A DNA stretch of 64,000 nt. Source: an uncultured Clostridia bacterium. Its GTDB lineage: Bacteria; Bacillota; Clostridia; Christensenellales; UBA1242. A program made the position numbers and the translations under genes. Under the pieces are notes generated by a model that was not told the origin of the DNA, made no database searches, and saw nothing but the letters and a program-made list of their open reading frames with translations. Shown here one piece after another: positions 32,413 through 44,274 of the stretch. The DNA lies in the NCBI GenBank assembly GCA_944377305.1, contig CALWEL010000003.1, positions 26,902 to 90,901 on the forward strand. Reading direction: 5' to 3'. Position 1 is the first letter of the stretch. Each line of letters opens with the position of its first letter.

Positions 32413-32490
32413 TATTAAGAATTTTTGATAAAAATTGATTTTCTGTAATAAATTTACAAACAATTCAAATAAATATAAGGAGAGAAGATT

Positions 32491-33072
32491 ATGATACCTA
32501 TGGTTATTGATCAGGTTGGCAATGTTGAGCGCAGTTATGATATCTATTCGCGACTTTTGGAAGACAGAATCGTTTTCCTATCTGGCGAGATTGATGACCA
32601 AACTGCTAATACAGTTGTCGCTCAATTGCTTTATTTGGAAGGCAAAAATCCGGACAAAGACATCTTTATGTACATCAATAGTCCGGGTGGCAGTGTGACA
32701 GCTGGGCTTGCAATCTATGACACTATGCAATATATAAAATGCGATATATCTACCATTTGCATTGGTATGGCAGCAAGTATGGCAGCGGTGATTTTGTCTA
32801 GCGGTACGAAGGGTAAACGAATTTGTCTTCCTCATAGCGAAGTGATGATTCATCAACCACTTGGCGGAGCGCAAGGTCAAGCATCAGACATTGAGATTCA
32901 CGCCCGTCACATTCAAAAGACACGAGAGAGTTTGAACAAAATTTTAGCAGACAACACGGGCAAAAGCCTTGAAACGATTACAAAAGATACGGATAGAGAC
33001 AATTTCTTGGACGCTAAACAAGCATTGAAATATGGCTTGGTGGACAAGATATACGATAAACGAAAAAATTAA
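32491..33072 (+). CDS. clpP: ATP-dependent Clp protease proteolytic subunit
   Basis: [31 protein letters not shown] (catalytic Ser), MIHQPLGG (catalytic His). Confidence 0.97.
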   Translation: MIPMVIDQVGNVERSYDIYSRLLEDRIVFLSGEIDDQTANTVVAQLLYLEGKNPDKDIFMYINSPGGSVTAGLAIYDTMQYIKCDISTICIGMAASMAAVILSSGTKGKRICLPHSEVMIHQPLGGAQGQASDIEIHARHIQKTRESLNKILADNTGKSLETITKDTDRDNFLDAKQALKYGLVDKIYDKRKN

Positions 33073-33125
33073 AAATAAAGATACAGACTGATGTTTTCGT
33101 CTGTATTTTGCAAATAAAGGAGAGT

Positions 33126-34400
33126 ATGAAAGAGATAGAAACTATTTGCTCATTCTGTGGGCGTCCTGCACGCGAATTGACGGATATCATTAGCAATCCG
33201 GAAGGTGATTGTTTCATTTGCAAAGATTGTTTGAACATTTGCAAAGATCTTATGGATTTTAATCACCGCACACGACAGAGCGAAAAAAATGAATTTATAG
33301 ATCTGATTAAACCGCAAGAAATCAAGCAAAAGTTAGACGAATTCATTATTGGGCAGGACGAAGTGAAGAAGATCCTTGCCGTGTCTGTATATAATCATTA
33401 TAAGCGCATAAATTACAACACTATCAAACGCGACAATTCGCAAGATGAAGTGGAATTGGAAAAATCTAATGTGTTGTTGGTTGGTCCTACAGGAAGCGGG
33501 AAAACTTTGCTTGCAAAAACGCTTGCCAAGACGCTGAAAGTGCCGTTTGCTTCAAGCGATGCCACGGCGCTGACAGAAGCGGGTTATGTTGGTGACGATG
33601 TTGAAAATATTTTGTTGAAACTTATTCAAAATGCTGATTACGACATTGAAAAGGCACAGCGTGGCATAATCTATATTGATGAGATAGATAAAATTGCAAG
33701 AAAGACTCAAAATGTATCCATCACACGCGATGTGAGCGGGGAAGGAGTGCAACAGGCTTTATTGAAAATTTTGGAAGGAACGATTGCTTCCGTTCCACCA
33801 CAGGGCGGAAGAAAACATCCGCAACAAGAAAATATTAAAATTGATACGACCAATATTTTGTTTATTTGTGGCGGTGCGTTTGTTGGACTTGATAAAATAA
33901 TCAGTGAACGAAATGGTGCATCTTCTTTAGGCTTTGGAGCTAGTGTCAAGAAAAAAGAGATGGAAGAATCTTTAAACAAATTCGAAAATATTCAACCACA
34001 AGATTTGATAAAATATGGTATGATTCCAGAATTTGTTGGTAGGCTTCCTATCGTTGCTTGTCTTGACAGTCTAGATGAAAAAGCGTTGGAGCGAATTTTG
34101 GTAGAACCAAAGAATGCCATCACGAAACAATATATTCAAATGTTCAAAATGGACGGAATTGATTTGTCTTTCGAGCCTGAGGCAATTACTGCTGTAGCCA
34201 AGAAAGCTATAGAACTGAAGACCGGTGCTAGAGGATTGAGGACTATTCTTGAAGAGCGTATGCTTGATGTTATGTATAGTTATCATTTTGAAGACAATAT
34301 TGAACGAATTGTCATAACTGCTGATTTTATTAACAAGAACGCAAAAGCAAAAATCATCAAAGCCAAACCGAAACTCAAAGAGAAAAAGCAAACAGCATAA
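33126..34400 (+). CDS. clpX: ATP-dependent Clp protease ATP-binding subunit ClpX
   Basis: C4 zinc finger CSFCG...CFICKDC, Walker A GPTGSGKT, Walker [16 protein letters not shown] sensor. Start at ATG 33126 after AAAGGAG. Confidence 0.97.
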   Translation: MKEIETICSFCGRPARELTDIISNPEGDCFICKDCLNICKDLMDFNHRTRQSEKNEFIDLIKPQEIKQKLDEFIIGQDEVKKILAVSVYNHYKRINYNTIKRDNSQDEVELEKSNVLLVGPTGSGKTLLAKTLAKTLKVPFASSDATALTEAGYVGDDVENILLKLIQNADYDIEKAQRGIIYIDEIDKIARKTQNVSITRDVSGEGVQQALLKILEGTIASVPPQGGRKHPQQENIKIDTTNILFICGGAFVGLDKIISERNGASSLGFGASVKKKEMEESLNKFENIQPQDLIKYGMIPEFVGRLPIVACLDSLDEKALERILVEPKNAITKQYIQMFKMDGIDLSFEPEAITAVAKKAIELKTGARGLRTILEERMLDVMYSYHFEDNIERIVITADFINKNAKAKIIKAKPKLKEKKQTA

Positions 34401-34427
34401 AGTTAATAAGTTTTGAGGAAAAAAAGT

Positions 34428-34461
34428 AAAGGGACTTTGCTAAATGATGAAGTTCCTTTTT
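34428..34461 (+). terminator. intrinsic terminator after clpX
   Basis: aaagggactt ... aagttccttt stem (one G-U) with a 12-nt loop, followed by a T-run. Confidence 0.5.
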
Positions 34462-34719
34462 ATTATTTTAGAAAATAAAAAAATAATATTTTTTCAAATT
34501 ATTTGATGATACTTACATCTAAATTAGGAACATTGCCGATGAAATGAGATATATCATTTCATTATCAATAGAGAATAACACAATATTGAGTTTTGGTATT
34601 TTATCTTAGAAGTACAACAAGAGAAATTGATGATATGAACTTCAAGTTATCTATTTTTTATTTGAATTTTATTTAAAATATTGATATAAATTTGTAATTT
34701 TGTGTTATAATCAAATTAT

Positions 34720-35289
34720 ATGAAAAAGATGAAGTTATATCACACATCAACTATTCCAAATCTGAAAATCATAGAACCTCGTATTTCAACGCACGGAAAA
34801 TCTTATGTATATGCTACACCAAGTTTGGAATTTTCTTTATTTTTTGGCGGAAAGGAAATGGCGGGCGGTTTCGATGGGATTTATGGCATAAAAGATAATA
34901 TACCATTCTTCTACGAGGCTTACAAAGGTGCCCTCAAAAGAATATTTGATAATGCCGTATGCTATATTTACGAAGTAGATCCCTCAACATTCGTAGCAGG
35001 CAAGACTACATTCAGTGGTGAACTTGTAAGCGAGAGTCCTGTCAAAATCTTGAATTGCAAAAAGGTTAATAATGTATATAATTACATACAAGAACTAAAT
35101 AGCCAATCGAAAATCAAACTACATTATTTTTGCGACACAGAAGAATATAATAAAATGATTGACGAATATATCTCTAATATGATTATCGAATTAGGCATTT
35201 TGGACAAAAAAGAAACAGGTATTTATGGGTTTTGCGAAAGACATTTTCCACATATTATGGAAAGATTGCAAGCTGAGATTTTGAAGTAA
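34720..35289 (+). CDS. hypothetical protein, possible ADP-ribosyltransferase-fold (H-Y-E-like) protein
   Basis: 189 aa. LYHTS near the N-terminus, then SYVYATPSLEFSLFFG, then GELVSESPV. The order resembles the H / Y-x-aromatic / E elements of PARP/DUF3990-type folds. Speculative. Confidence 0.4.
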   Translation: MKKMKLYHTSTIPNLKIIEPRISTHGKSYVYATPSLEFSLFFGGKEMAGGFDGIYGIKDNIPFFYEAYKGALKRIFDNAVCYIYEVDPSTFVAGKTTFSGELVSESPVKILNCKKVNNVYNYIQELNSQSKIKLHYFCDTEEYNKMIDEYISNMIIELGILDKKETGIYGFCERHFPHIMERLQAEILK

Positions 35290-35515
35290 TAATATACCAC
35301 ATTATTAGTTTGGAGATAAAATTTTGCCCAAATAGAACTGAGTTGTAAAATTTATGCCAATCAAAACTTGCCCGCTAACGATTCACTCAATTATTCAGGA
35401 AGGGAATAGCTTTTAAATTAAGAAGATTATATTAATTTAAAATCTTACATTTTGTATTCAATTAAGTCCTAATTGATTTGCAATATTTGTGAATTTCATA
35501 TATAATAATTACAAT

Positions 35516-35857
35516 ATGGAACTAATTACTATTGATATCAAATCTGATAGGCAGACAGTTAGTGAGGCAATCGCTCAATTTTTGTTAGAAGTAGAGAGTT
35601 ATAAAAGAGGCGGATACAAGGTAATGAAAGTCATTCACGGATATGGCAGTCACGGAGTTGGCGGAGCGATCAAAGTAAATTTCCTAAAAAAATGTGAAGA
35701 ATTGAAGCGTAGAGGAAAAATTGAGGATTACACTTGTTGCGATAGATGGACACCAAACAATGTGGTTAGAAAAATCGCTATAAATTATTGCCCAGATTTA
35801 CTTGCGGATAGAGATTTGTATTTGTTAAATTCCGGTTGCACGATTGTAATTTTATGA
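35516..35857 (+). CDS. Smr-like domain protein
   Basis: IDIKSDRQTVSEAIAQFLLEVESYKRGGYKVMKVIHGYGSHGVGGAIK follows the Smr pattern (LDLHG..A...L..FL......V.IIHGKG) but lacks the His. Start is uncertain (GTG 35489 or ATG 35516) and no clear RBS is present. Confidence 0.45.
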   Translation: MELITIDIKSDRQTVSEAIAQFLLEVESYKRGGYKVMKVIHGYGSHGVGGAIKVNFLKKCEELKRRGKIEDYTCCDRWTPNNVVRKIAINYCPDLLADRDLYLLNSGCTIVIL

Positions 35858-35942
35858 AAATATTAGTTTAATTGAATTTAGTTTCAAATTCTACAAATTT
35901 AACGTTTAAGACATTAAAATTATTAGGAGATATAATAACAAT

Positions 35943-36932
35943 ATGAAAATCAAATATACTTTAGACAAACGTACCGAGATTATGGAGATAATGCTCACAT
36001 TGACAGATTATTTTGACCGCATTCCGAAATTAAGGGTGCCAACCGAGTTTGATTATGCTGTGGATGTGAAGAATTATTTTTCACAGTACAAAAATCATAG
36101 GGCTGTGAAACTATTAACTGAAATTATCCACGAATTGAGTTTTAATTATGATGCACCTATTGCGTTAATGTGGCAATTAAACTCTGATTTTAGTATCAAT
36201 GAGTTGTTGAAATATCCTTTTGAAACTCGTTTAGGTAGGAGTCCTAAAGTCCTTGAATTCATAAAAGAAATTAGAAATTTTACAATCGACTCCAAGTATG
36301 ATGAATTTTATAAAAAACATACACGGGTGTATCAAAAATGGATTGAAGACACGAAGAGCAAAGTAGATGAAAATTTGCTTGATTATATGGATAATTTTTA
36401 CAAAGAAAAATTGGAACGTGATTATATTATAAACCTTATGCCTCTTCAAACACACTGCAATTATGCAGTGGAAAATGGCGATCAGAGTATTTGCAATTTG
36501 GGTGCAAAATTTTCTGAAAACAAACTGGAGCCATACTTTCTGTCACAAAAAAATTTAGACCTTATTCAACACGAATTTTCTCATCCATTGATCAATCCGC
36601 TCACTGACAAGTATTTCGATGCTAGGCGTATGCCTCCACTCCCCGATGAAGTGAAAGAAAAAATGCGAAATTTAGCCTATGGATCCATATCAACTTATGT
36701 CAATGAACAAATTATTCGTTGTACGACAATTTTATATTCAAATAATCTCTATGGTGAGGAATATGAAGAGACTCTAATAAAGCAAGAGGAGGATATAGGA
36801 TTTATCCACACACGCGCAGTTTTACAGGCATTGAAAGAATATGAAAAACAGGATGTGCCTTTAAGAAAATATTTTCCGAAGATATTAGAGGAGTTTTATA
36901 AGCCTCTTAATAATTCACTTTTGCTGAATTAA
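35943..36932 (+). CDS. putative zinc metallopeptidase-like protein (HExxH; DUF4932-like)
   Basis: 329 aa with RBS AGGAGA. Single HEFSH motif in LDLIQHEFSHPLINP. Family name is from memory only. Confidence 0.5.
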   Translation: MKIKYTLDKRTEIMEIMLTLTDYFDRIPKLRVPTEFDYAVDVKNYFSQYKNHRAVKLLTEIIHELSFNYDAPIALMWQLNSDFSINELLKYPFETRLGRSPKVLEFIKEIRNFTIDSKYDEFYKKHTRVYQKWIEDTKSKVDENLLDYMDNFYKEKLERDYIINLMPLQTHCNYAVENGDQSICNLGAKFSENKLEPYFLSQKNLDLIQHEFSHPLINPLTDKYFDARRMPPLPDEVKEKMRNLAYGSISTYVNEQIIRCTTILYSNNLYGEEYEETLIKQEEDIGFIHTRAVLQALKEYEKQDVPLRKYFPKILEEFYKPLNNSLLLN

Positions 36933-36993
36933 TATTGTTCATTGTTTGCTTGGCAATAATTTATTTTTTTGTTTAAATTGACAGGGAAGGGGT

Positions 36994-37070
36994 GGCGGAA
37001 ATAAACACTCGGCAGAGTGTTTGAACCGCCCGAATGGGCGGTTGGCGTTGAAAACGCACTTCCGCCTTTT
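36994..37070 (+). ncRNA. GC-rich four-way-junction RNA-like element (unknown class) ending in a short U-run
   Basis: Closing stem ggcggaa/ttccgcc (36994-37000 / 37060-37066). It encloses three perfect hairpins: aaacactc-ggca-gagtgttt, aaccgccc-gaat-gggcggtt and gcgtt-gaa-aacgc. TTTT follows. Confidence 0.35.
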
Positions 37071-37239
37071 ATATTAAAAAATAGACTTCACAGCAAAATA
37101 ATCATATAATCAATCACAACAATTTTTGAGTGTCAATTGATACTTAAAACAACAAAATTCATCAATATTTTTAAAAATTCATAAGAAATCGTTTTATTTT
37201 TAATGTAATTTATGCCATAATACTATAAACGGGGTAAAT

Positions 37240-38517
37240 ATGAGTAGACAAATAGGGAAAATTGAAAGAAAGTCCAGAAATGGATCAATTGGTTCGTTTT
37301 TCTTTGGTGCGCTGATAGGCTTGCTATTTGGCATAGCGGCGATAGCGGGAATCGTGGCATTATTTTATTATAAAGCGTCACCAAACTGGATAAATGACAA
37401 ATTTCACACCGAGTTAGATTTAGGCAATGATGATTTGAACAATCTGACATTGAATAAATTTGTCACGCACGCAATCAATTTGTCACAAAATATTGATAGT
37501 TATACTCTGAATGATTTGCAATCAGATTTTGATATAGAGATCAAAGACGAGATAGTGGGCATAAATATAACTGATTTGAAAGATGTTCCTTTACCAAAAC
37601 TTGTGGACGCACTTCAAAATAAACTATCAAATATCAGTGCAGAAGAATTAAAAAACGTGTTGGATTTATCTGAAATAGAAAGTATATTAAATGAGACCAA
37701 TACTTACTATTTCAATTTGGCAGATGGAAAACTATATGAGGATATAGATTATAATGAAGAAGTAAAGTTTGAATACACGATTGATTTAGCAATTTCTAAG
37801 GTTATCATTAAAGGTCAAGAATTTTCGCTTTCGTCAAATCAAGTAGAGGTAGCAATACGTTATATTCCATTGAGTGATGCGATAGGCTCAATCAGTTCAA
37901 ATATGAATTCCAACATCACAGTTGGAGAATTGAGAGACGAATATCATATCAAGTTGCCAACTTTCTTTGCATATATTCCAGATGAAACTCCAATTGGCGA
38001 ATTGGAGCAGGCAATTGATGAATTGACGGTAGCACAACTTTTAAGTTTTACAGATCAAGATAGCAATGGACTCTATGAAGATAAAGATGGCAATGAAGTT
38101 GGCAAATTAATGGACACAATTGCGGACTTCAGAATTAATGAATTGGCTGAAAGCATAAAATATTTGAAGTTATCTGACGTATTCGCTAGTGAAGAATTGG
38201 AATTGGGAGCATTGTCTTTAATTGATCCTGACGAGATGATTACAAATTTGCCAAACGCTTTGTCATTGGCTCTTGAAGAGGCAACAATGGATGAACTTAT
38301 AAATGCAGAGTTGATTGAACCATCGGATAGATATTACTCAGCTACAGGAGGAATTTTGGATGATGGTACTGGTATTAAAGATAAATATATTAATGTGGGA
38401 GATATAGAAACACCTGAATATAAACAAGTGAAAAATTTAAAATTAGCAGATTTTAGTAGTCTATTAGAAATATTGGAAAACAATGGAATATTATTAGATC
38501 AGATTCCGACCACATAG
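37240..38517 (+). CDS. membrane-anchored acidic protein of unknown function
   Basis: 425 aa. N-terminal TM FFFGALIGLLFGIAAIAGIVALFYY. Acidic helical ectodomain with recurring (S/T)-x-x-(D/E)-L helix starts. Confidence 0.6.
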   Translation: MSRQIGKIERKSRNGSIGSFFFGALIGLLFGIAAIAGIVALFYYKASPNWINDKFHTELDLGNDDLNNLTLNKFVTHAINLSQNIDSYTLNDLQSDFDIEIKDEIVGINITDLKDVPLPKLVDALQNKLSNISAEELKNVLDLSEIESILNETNTYYFNLADGKLYEDIDYNEEVKFEYTIDLAISKVIIKGQEFSLSSNQVEVAIRYIPLSDAIGSISSNMNSNITVGELRDEYHIKLPTFFAYIPDETPIGELEQAIDELTVAQLLSFTDQDSNGLYEDKDGNEVGKLMDTIADFRINELAESIKYLKLSDVFASEELELGALSLIDPDEMITNLPNALSLALEEATMDELINAELIEPSDRYYSATGGILDDGTGIKDKYINVGDIETPEYKQVKNLKLADFSSLLEILENNGILLDQIPTT

Positions 38518-38540
38518 ATTATGAATAATAATATAATATG

Positions 38541-38562
38541 AAAATGCCAATAGGCATTTTTT
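38541..38562 (+). terminator. intrinsic terminator
   Basis: aaaatgcc-aata-ggcatttt plus extra T residues. Confidence 0.7.
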
Positions 38563-38826
38563 ACTTTGAAATTACCATTTCTTATAGATTTGTATTTGAT
38601 AAAGTCGGTATAAAACGAGTTCATTTTGATTAGTTTTTTTCAAACTATCAAAAATTATCAAGAAAAAATCTGGAAAATTTATGATATTTTGCTAAATAAT
38701 GCGCTCATTTGAGTTCAAAAAGGCATATTTTATGGTCAAATTACACCAAAAAGGCTAAATTTTCGTAAAATATATAAGAAAAATAAAAAAAGTTTTAAAT
38801 TTTTTAAATTTTTTTTGAAAAAACTG

Positions 38827-38855
38827 TTGACAAAGTTTTTGATATATGTTATCTT
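38827..38855 (+). promoter_or_regulatory. candidate 16S rRNA promoter
   Basis: TTGACA-17 nt-TGtTATCTT (extended -10), preceded by a long A/T (UP-like) tract. About 330 nt upstream of the mature 16S. Confidence 0.45.
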
Positions 38856-39189
38856 TATATTGCATTCAGCATAAGCAGGGTGCCGAACCAATAGGTTCGT
38901 TAGGACAATTTATATCTTAATAGGTACAATGGTAAGAAATAAGTAAGCAATTACTTATAGGCAATGTTCAATGAACAAAATTCTTATCAATTCCAAGTTT
39001 TTTAGACAACGAAATTAGCCAAGCGAATGAGCAAGGTAATTCATAAAAAAACTTGTTTCTAATACTCGATATGTTAATTGATAACATGGGGTCCCCGCGA
39101 AACGAATGTTTCGAAGGGGAAACAAAAATTTCGAGTGTTAGGCGCAGTTTAAAATTTTCAATTTTAAACAAGGAAAAACGAGTAAATTT

Positions 39190-40742
<1,553 letters not shown>

Positions 40743-40868
40743 AAAGAGCAATTCTTTAAAGTCGACTTTGATAATCAATAGATTATCATTGAGTGTAGAG
40801 TGAATGAACACTCTTAAATAAAATAAAGATAAAAAACGAGTGCCTTATTAGATATAAATATTGAAAGA

Positions 40869-40896
40869 AGTCAGTCTAACCCACTGGCTTTTTTTG
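40869..40896 (+). terminator. strong intrinsic terminator about 130 nt after the 16S 3' end
   Basis: agtcagt-ctaaccc-actggct (7 bp including one G-U) followed by T7. Confidence 0.75.
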
Positions 40897-41339
40897 TATT
40901 CATAAAATCGGAAAGCAATGAGCAATTTAGGCGAGCTATATAAAAGAAATTAGATATGATCAAAGAAATATTCATAAATCTAAAGATCTTGTATTGCATT
41001 TTGAAAAGGAAAATATGACGAAAAACTCAAAGGTTATGACGAGTTCAAAGATCAATAAAATCTCTCAATTGCTATACCAAATTAGATGAAAAAAATTTTG
41101 TTGATAGATATGATAGCTCAGTCTAGTACAAAGTGAATAATGATAAAGTTGTACCAATTTATTATGATATCTCTTATATGATGAAAAGAAAATTAATATA
41201 TTTGTTAGTTTCTATAGCAAATAACGAATTAGCATTTGTTTTAGTATCCAATGATTGAAAATTTATCAAATTGAGAGACATAATTTTATTTTTTAAACTT
41301 GTTGAGAGTATATAAATTTCTTTTAAATTGTTCTTTGTA

Positions 41340-41367
41340 TTGACATATTTTTATATTATGGTATAAT
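41340..41367 (+). promoter_or_regulatory. consensus extended -10 sigmaA promoter
   Basis: TTGACA-16 nt-TATAAT with TGg immediately upstream of the -10. 30 nt upstream of ATG 41397. Confidence 0.6.
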
Positions 41368-41396
41368 TATATTTATAATATTTATAGGAGTAGATT

Positions 41397-41948
41397 ATGT
41401 CACCTTATGAAGTCCTGAAGCAAATTAATATAGCGGAAGATAGCAATCTAATACCTAAAGATCGAGCAAAAAAGATTATAAGCATTATTAAAAATACTTT
41501 GCAACGTTATGAAGATATTTCGCAAGATTTACAATATTCAGGATATCAAATGTCAAATTTGTATTTTGAGGATATTCTTAACCTTTATGTTCGTTCATTG
41601 ATAAAATCATATAAGGAAACTTACAATAATGATAAGAGCAAAATTTTAGGAATTTTAGATTATTTAAAAGTTATGAGTTGGTCAGACGCTAATAGTGAAA
41701 TTTATAGATTGGCAGATATTGTAGGCGAAGATATAGCATTTGATTTTTATATAAATATTGAAAATTTAAATAAAGAATTTGATAATTTGCATTTATCTAA
41801 ATCAGATATTGATTTAATGATAAATTATTTTAGAAAAGCAAAGAATCAAAAATGTCTTGTCGAATATCTTGAAAATAGATTGGAGGAAGTTGAAAACTCA
41901 AATACTAGTTTAAGTGGTGTTGAACGAGGAGAGTATTATGAAAGATAG
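41397..41948 (+). CDS. hypothetical all-helical protein
   Basis: 183 aa with RBS AGGAG. No family recognised. Confidence 0.55.
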   Translation: MSPYEVLKQINIAEDSNLIPKDRAKKIISIIKNTLQRYEDISQDLQYSGYQMSNLYFEDILNLYVRSLIKSYKETYNNDKSKILGILDYLKVMSWSDANSEIYRLADIVGEDIAFDFYINIENLNKEFDNLHLSKSDIDLMINYFRKAKNQKCLVEYLENRLEEVENSNTSLSGVERGEYYER

Positions 41949-42390
41949 ATTAATAAAACGTATTATTACGCGTGGAGTGGCTGGTGATTTTGACAATAGT
42001 GAAGAACTTGAACATATATTTGAATTTGACGATGGATCAAAAATGAACATATCAAAGATGAATACTATTGAAATTGCGCGCTATGCGTTTCAAAACAATA
42101 ATGAAGATGGAAATAAAATCTTTAATTTCATAAATTCTTCGCAAAAAATTTCAAAATATGCAACACTTTTATCCGTTTATTTAATGTTGGAAATGATGTC
42201 AGAGAAAGATAATAAGAATTCTGTAAACGAATCGAATAAGCGAAGAATATTTAAAATTATTGAAAAATTGGGCGGAAATGAAATGTTGGCAGAAATCTTT
42301 TCAGTAATGAATAAAATGGGATCATCTTTTATGGATGTATTATTGGAAAAAGTTGAAATTGAATTGAATCGAGCAATTAAAACATTTTAA
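41938..42390 (+). CDS. hypothetical all-helical protein
   Basis: 150 aa from ATG 41938 with RBS GGAGAG. 11-nt overlap with the upstream ORF suggests translational coupling. Confidence 0.5.
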   Translation: MKDRLIKRIITRGVAGDFDNSEELEHIFEFDDGSKMNISKMNTIEIARYAFQNNNEDGNKIFNFINSSQKISKYATLLSVYLMLEMMSEKDNKNSVNESNKRRIFKIIEKLGGNEMLAEIFSVMNKMGSSFMDVLLEKVEIELNRAIKTF

Positions 42391-42589
42391 AGTTGATAAA
42401 TATATGAGAGTTAATAGCAAGATTGGTAATGAGTAATGAAATTAATAACTAATGCAAAACAATTTGTATTAGATTATCTAGATATATTTTCACCTTATTC
42501 GTTTGAATTTATTTGATAAACGATAGAGATTTTATTTAAAATTGAATTAAAATATGTGATTAATGAAATACAAGAGATTTTGTTGAATG

Positions 42590-43309
42590 TCACATATTTT
42601 TTTGCATTTCGCGTTTTAATTTATGTAGGATTTTTTTTTCTAGTCTGGAGATATAACTCTGCGAGATGTTCATATAATCGGCGACTTCTTTTTGCGTCAG
42701 TTCCTTGTGACCATTCAGTCCGTAACGCATACTCATTATTAATTTTTCTCTATCATTGAGTTTGCTGATTGATTGAATTAAATAAGATTTTTGATCTTTC
42801 AATTCAATTTCGTCGTAGGCAATCTTGCTATCAGGGATAATCTCTCCTAAAGTTAAATTATTCCCCTCATCGTCACTGGAAAGAGTATCATCTAGGCTTA
42901 GGTCATTGATACTTTTATTTGCTTTCCTTAGATACATCAAAATTTCGTTTTCAATACAACGACTCGCATAAGTGGCGAGTTTAATATTTTTGTCCGGCTT
43001 ATAACTATCCACTGCTTTGATCAGTCCTATGGAACCTACAGAAACCAAATCTTGCATATCCAATTTTTTGTTTTCAAATCTCTTTGCAATATACATCACG
43101 AGACGAAGGTTATGCTCAATCAATTCAGATTTTGCACTAATGTCATTATGCTCTTGAAATGCCATCACGAGTTCGGATTCGCGTTCGCTATCTAGAGGCT
43201 CGGGCAAACTCTCAGAACTGAAGATATAGTTCACAATGCTTTCGACATTTAAAAAATCGTGTCTAAATAAACGAGTGAAGAAATTTTTGATAATTCTAAA
43301 TAATTTCAT
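42590..43309 (-). CDS. sigE: sporulation sigma factor SigE (pro-sigma-E)
   Basis: 239 aa. Pro-sequence followed by YIFSSESLPEPL, LIEHNLRLVMYIAKRFEN, IGLIKAVDSY, KLATYASRCIENEILMYLRK. Lies directly downstream of spoIIGA. Confidence 0.9.
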   Translation of the reverse strand: MKLFRIIKNFFTRLFRHDFLNVESIVNYIFSSESLPEPLDSERESELVMAFQEHNDISAKSELIEHNLRLVMYIAKRFENKKLDMQDLVSVGSIGLIKAVDSYKPDKNIKLATYASRCIENEILMYLRKANKSINDLSLDDTLSSDDEGNNLTLGEIIPDSKIAYDEIELKDQKSYLIQSISKLNDREKLIMSMRYGLNGHKELTQKEVADYMNISQSYISRLEKKILHKLKREMQKNM

Positions 43310-43319
43310 ATATTCTCCT

Positions 43320-44141
43320 TTATAAATTGAGTGGGGATAATAAGGCTTGATAGTTCAAATCCTTAAATTTATTTGGGCTGACCGCTATGTATTGGTTGAA
43401 ATAAGTTTTTCTTTCCTTATTGATCTTGATTTCAATTTTGTCAATCTTGAATAGTTTCAAATTGTTGCTACCGTTGACTGTATTTGCGACTATCTCGTCA
43501 TTTTTTGATAGATAGAAGTCAATCAAATTTTTATTAGAGAGTTTCAAATATGATTTCAAATCGACAATTATCACGGGTTCGCCATTGATATTCAAAAAAT
43601 TTCCCGTGTCAAGATATGCTTGGAGATCGATTTTTTTCTCTTTTGAATATAGAGTGATTGGGTAAATTAAATTATTCGTTTTGAGTTTAAATTTTATATA
43701 TTTTGCAATAAATTCATAGATATAAGTGACAACTATTGCAAGTGTTGTAATTAGTTCCAATGAAAATTTGCTCGCGCTAATGATTCCGAACGAAGTATAA
43801 TAATTTGTGCTAGTCAGATTCATTATCGCTCCACCCAAAGCGTAAGTATATAAGAACAATAGAATGATACTGAATATAAATTGTTTTTTGCTCTGTTTGA
43901 GCGCTATGACTAGTGTGATAATGGCACAGGCAAATTTTAGAAAATTTAATATAATTTGATTGGACAAAAAGATAGCAGAGATCACACTAAAACCTGCACC
44001 CACAATTGAGGCGCTGATCAGTCTAAAAAAATTTGTTTTTGATTTCAAAGTAATTACGACTAACCGTAATAAGCAAAAATTGATCAAAACATTTTGTAGT
44101 AAAAAACTTTCTATATAAATTGTCATACTTGAAGTATACAT
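43320..44141 (-). CDS. spoIIGA: sigma-E processing aspartic peptidase SpoIIGA
   Basis: 273 aa. Five or so N-terminal TM segments. C-terminal domain carries AYLDTGNFL (DTGN active-site motif). Confidence 0.85.
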   Translation of the reverse strand: MYTSSMTIYIESFLLQNVLINFCLLRLVVITLKSKTNFFRLISASIVGAGFSVISAIFLSNQIILNFLKFACAIITLVIALKQSKKQFIFSIILLFLYTYALGGAIMNLTSTNYYTSFGIISASKFSLELITTLAIVVTYIYEFIAKYIKFKLKTNNLIYPITLYSKEKKIDLQAYLDTGNFLNINGEPVIIVDLKSYLKLSNKNLIDFYLSKNDEIVANTVNGSNNLKLFKIDKIEIKINKERKTYFNQYIAVSPNKFKDLNYQALLSPLNL

Positions 44142-44274
44142 TAAAAATATTTTTCTTCTATGAAAAAAAATTTGTAATGTTTCAATATTTGTGTCGATTA
44201 ATAAGATTTTTTAGCAAATTTCTTAGTTTTGGGATAAAAATATTTGAATAAGACACAATATAATCGAGGTGAAT

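Noticed and set aside
36994-37066. The 73-nt cloverleaf-like element as a tRNA or tRNA pseudogene.
   Set aside because: The arm geometry is wrong: 8-bp stems with 3-4-nt loops, no 7-nt anticodon loop, no GTTCRA T-loop and no D-loop GG. It is kept only as an unknown structured element.
44232-44260. GGATA-17 nt-CACAATA as a sigmaG/sigmaF-type promoter for sigG.
   Set aside because: It would place the TSS inside the SD, 8 nt before the ATG, and the -10 deviates from CATnnTA. It is not supportable without mapping.
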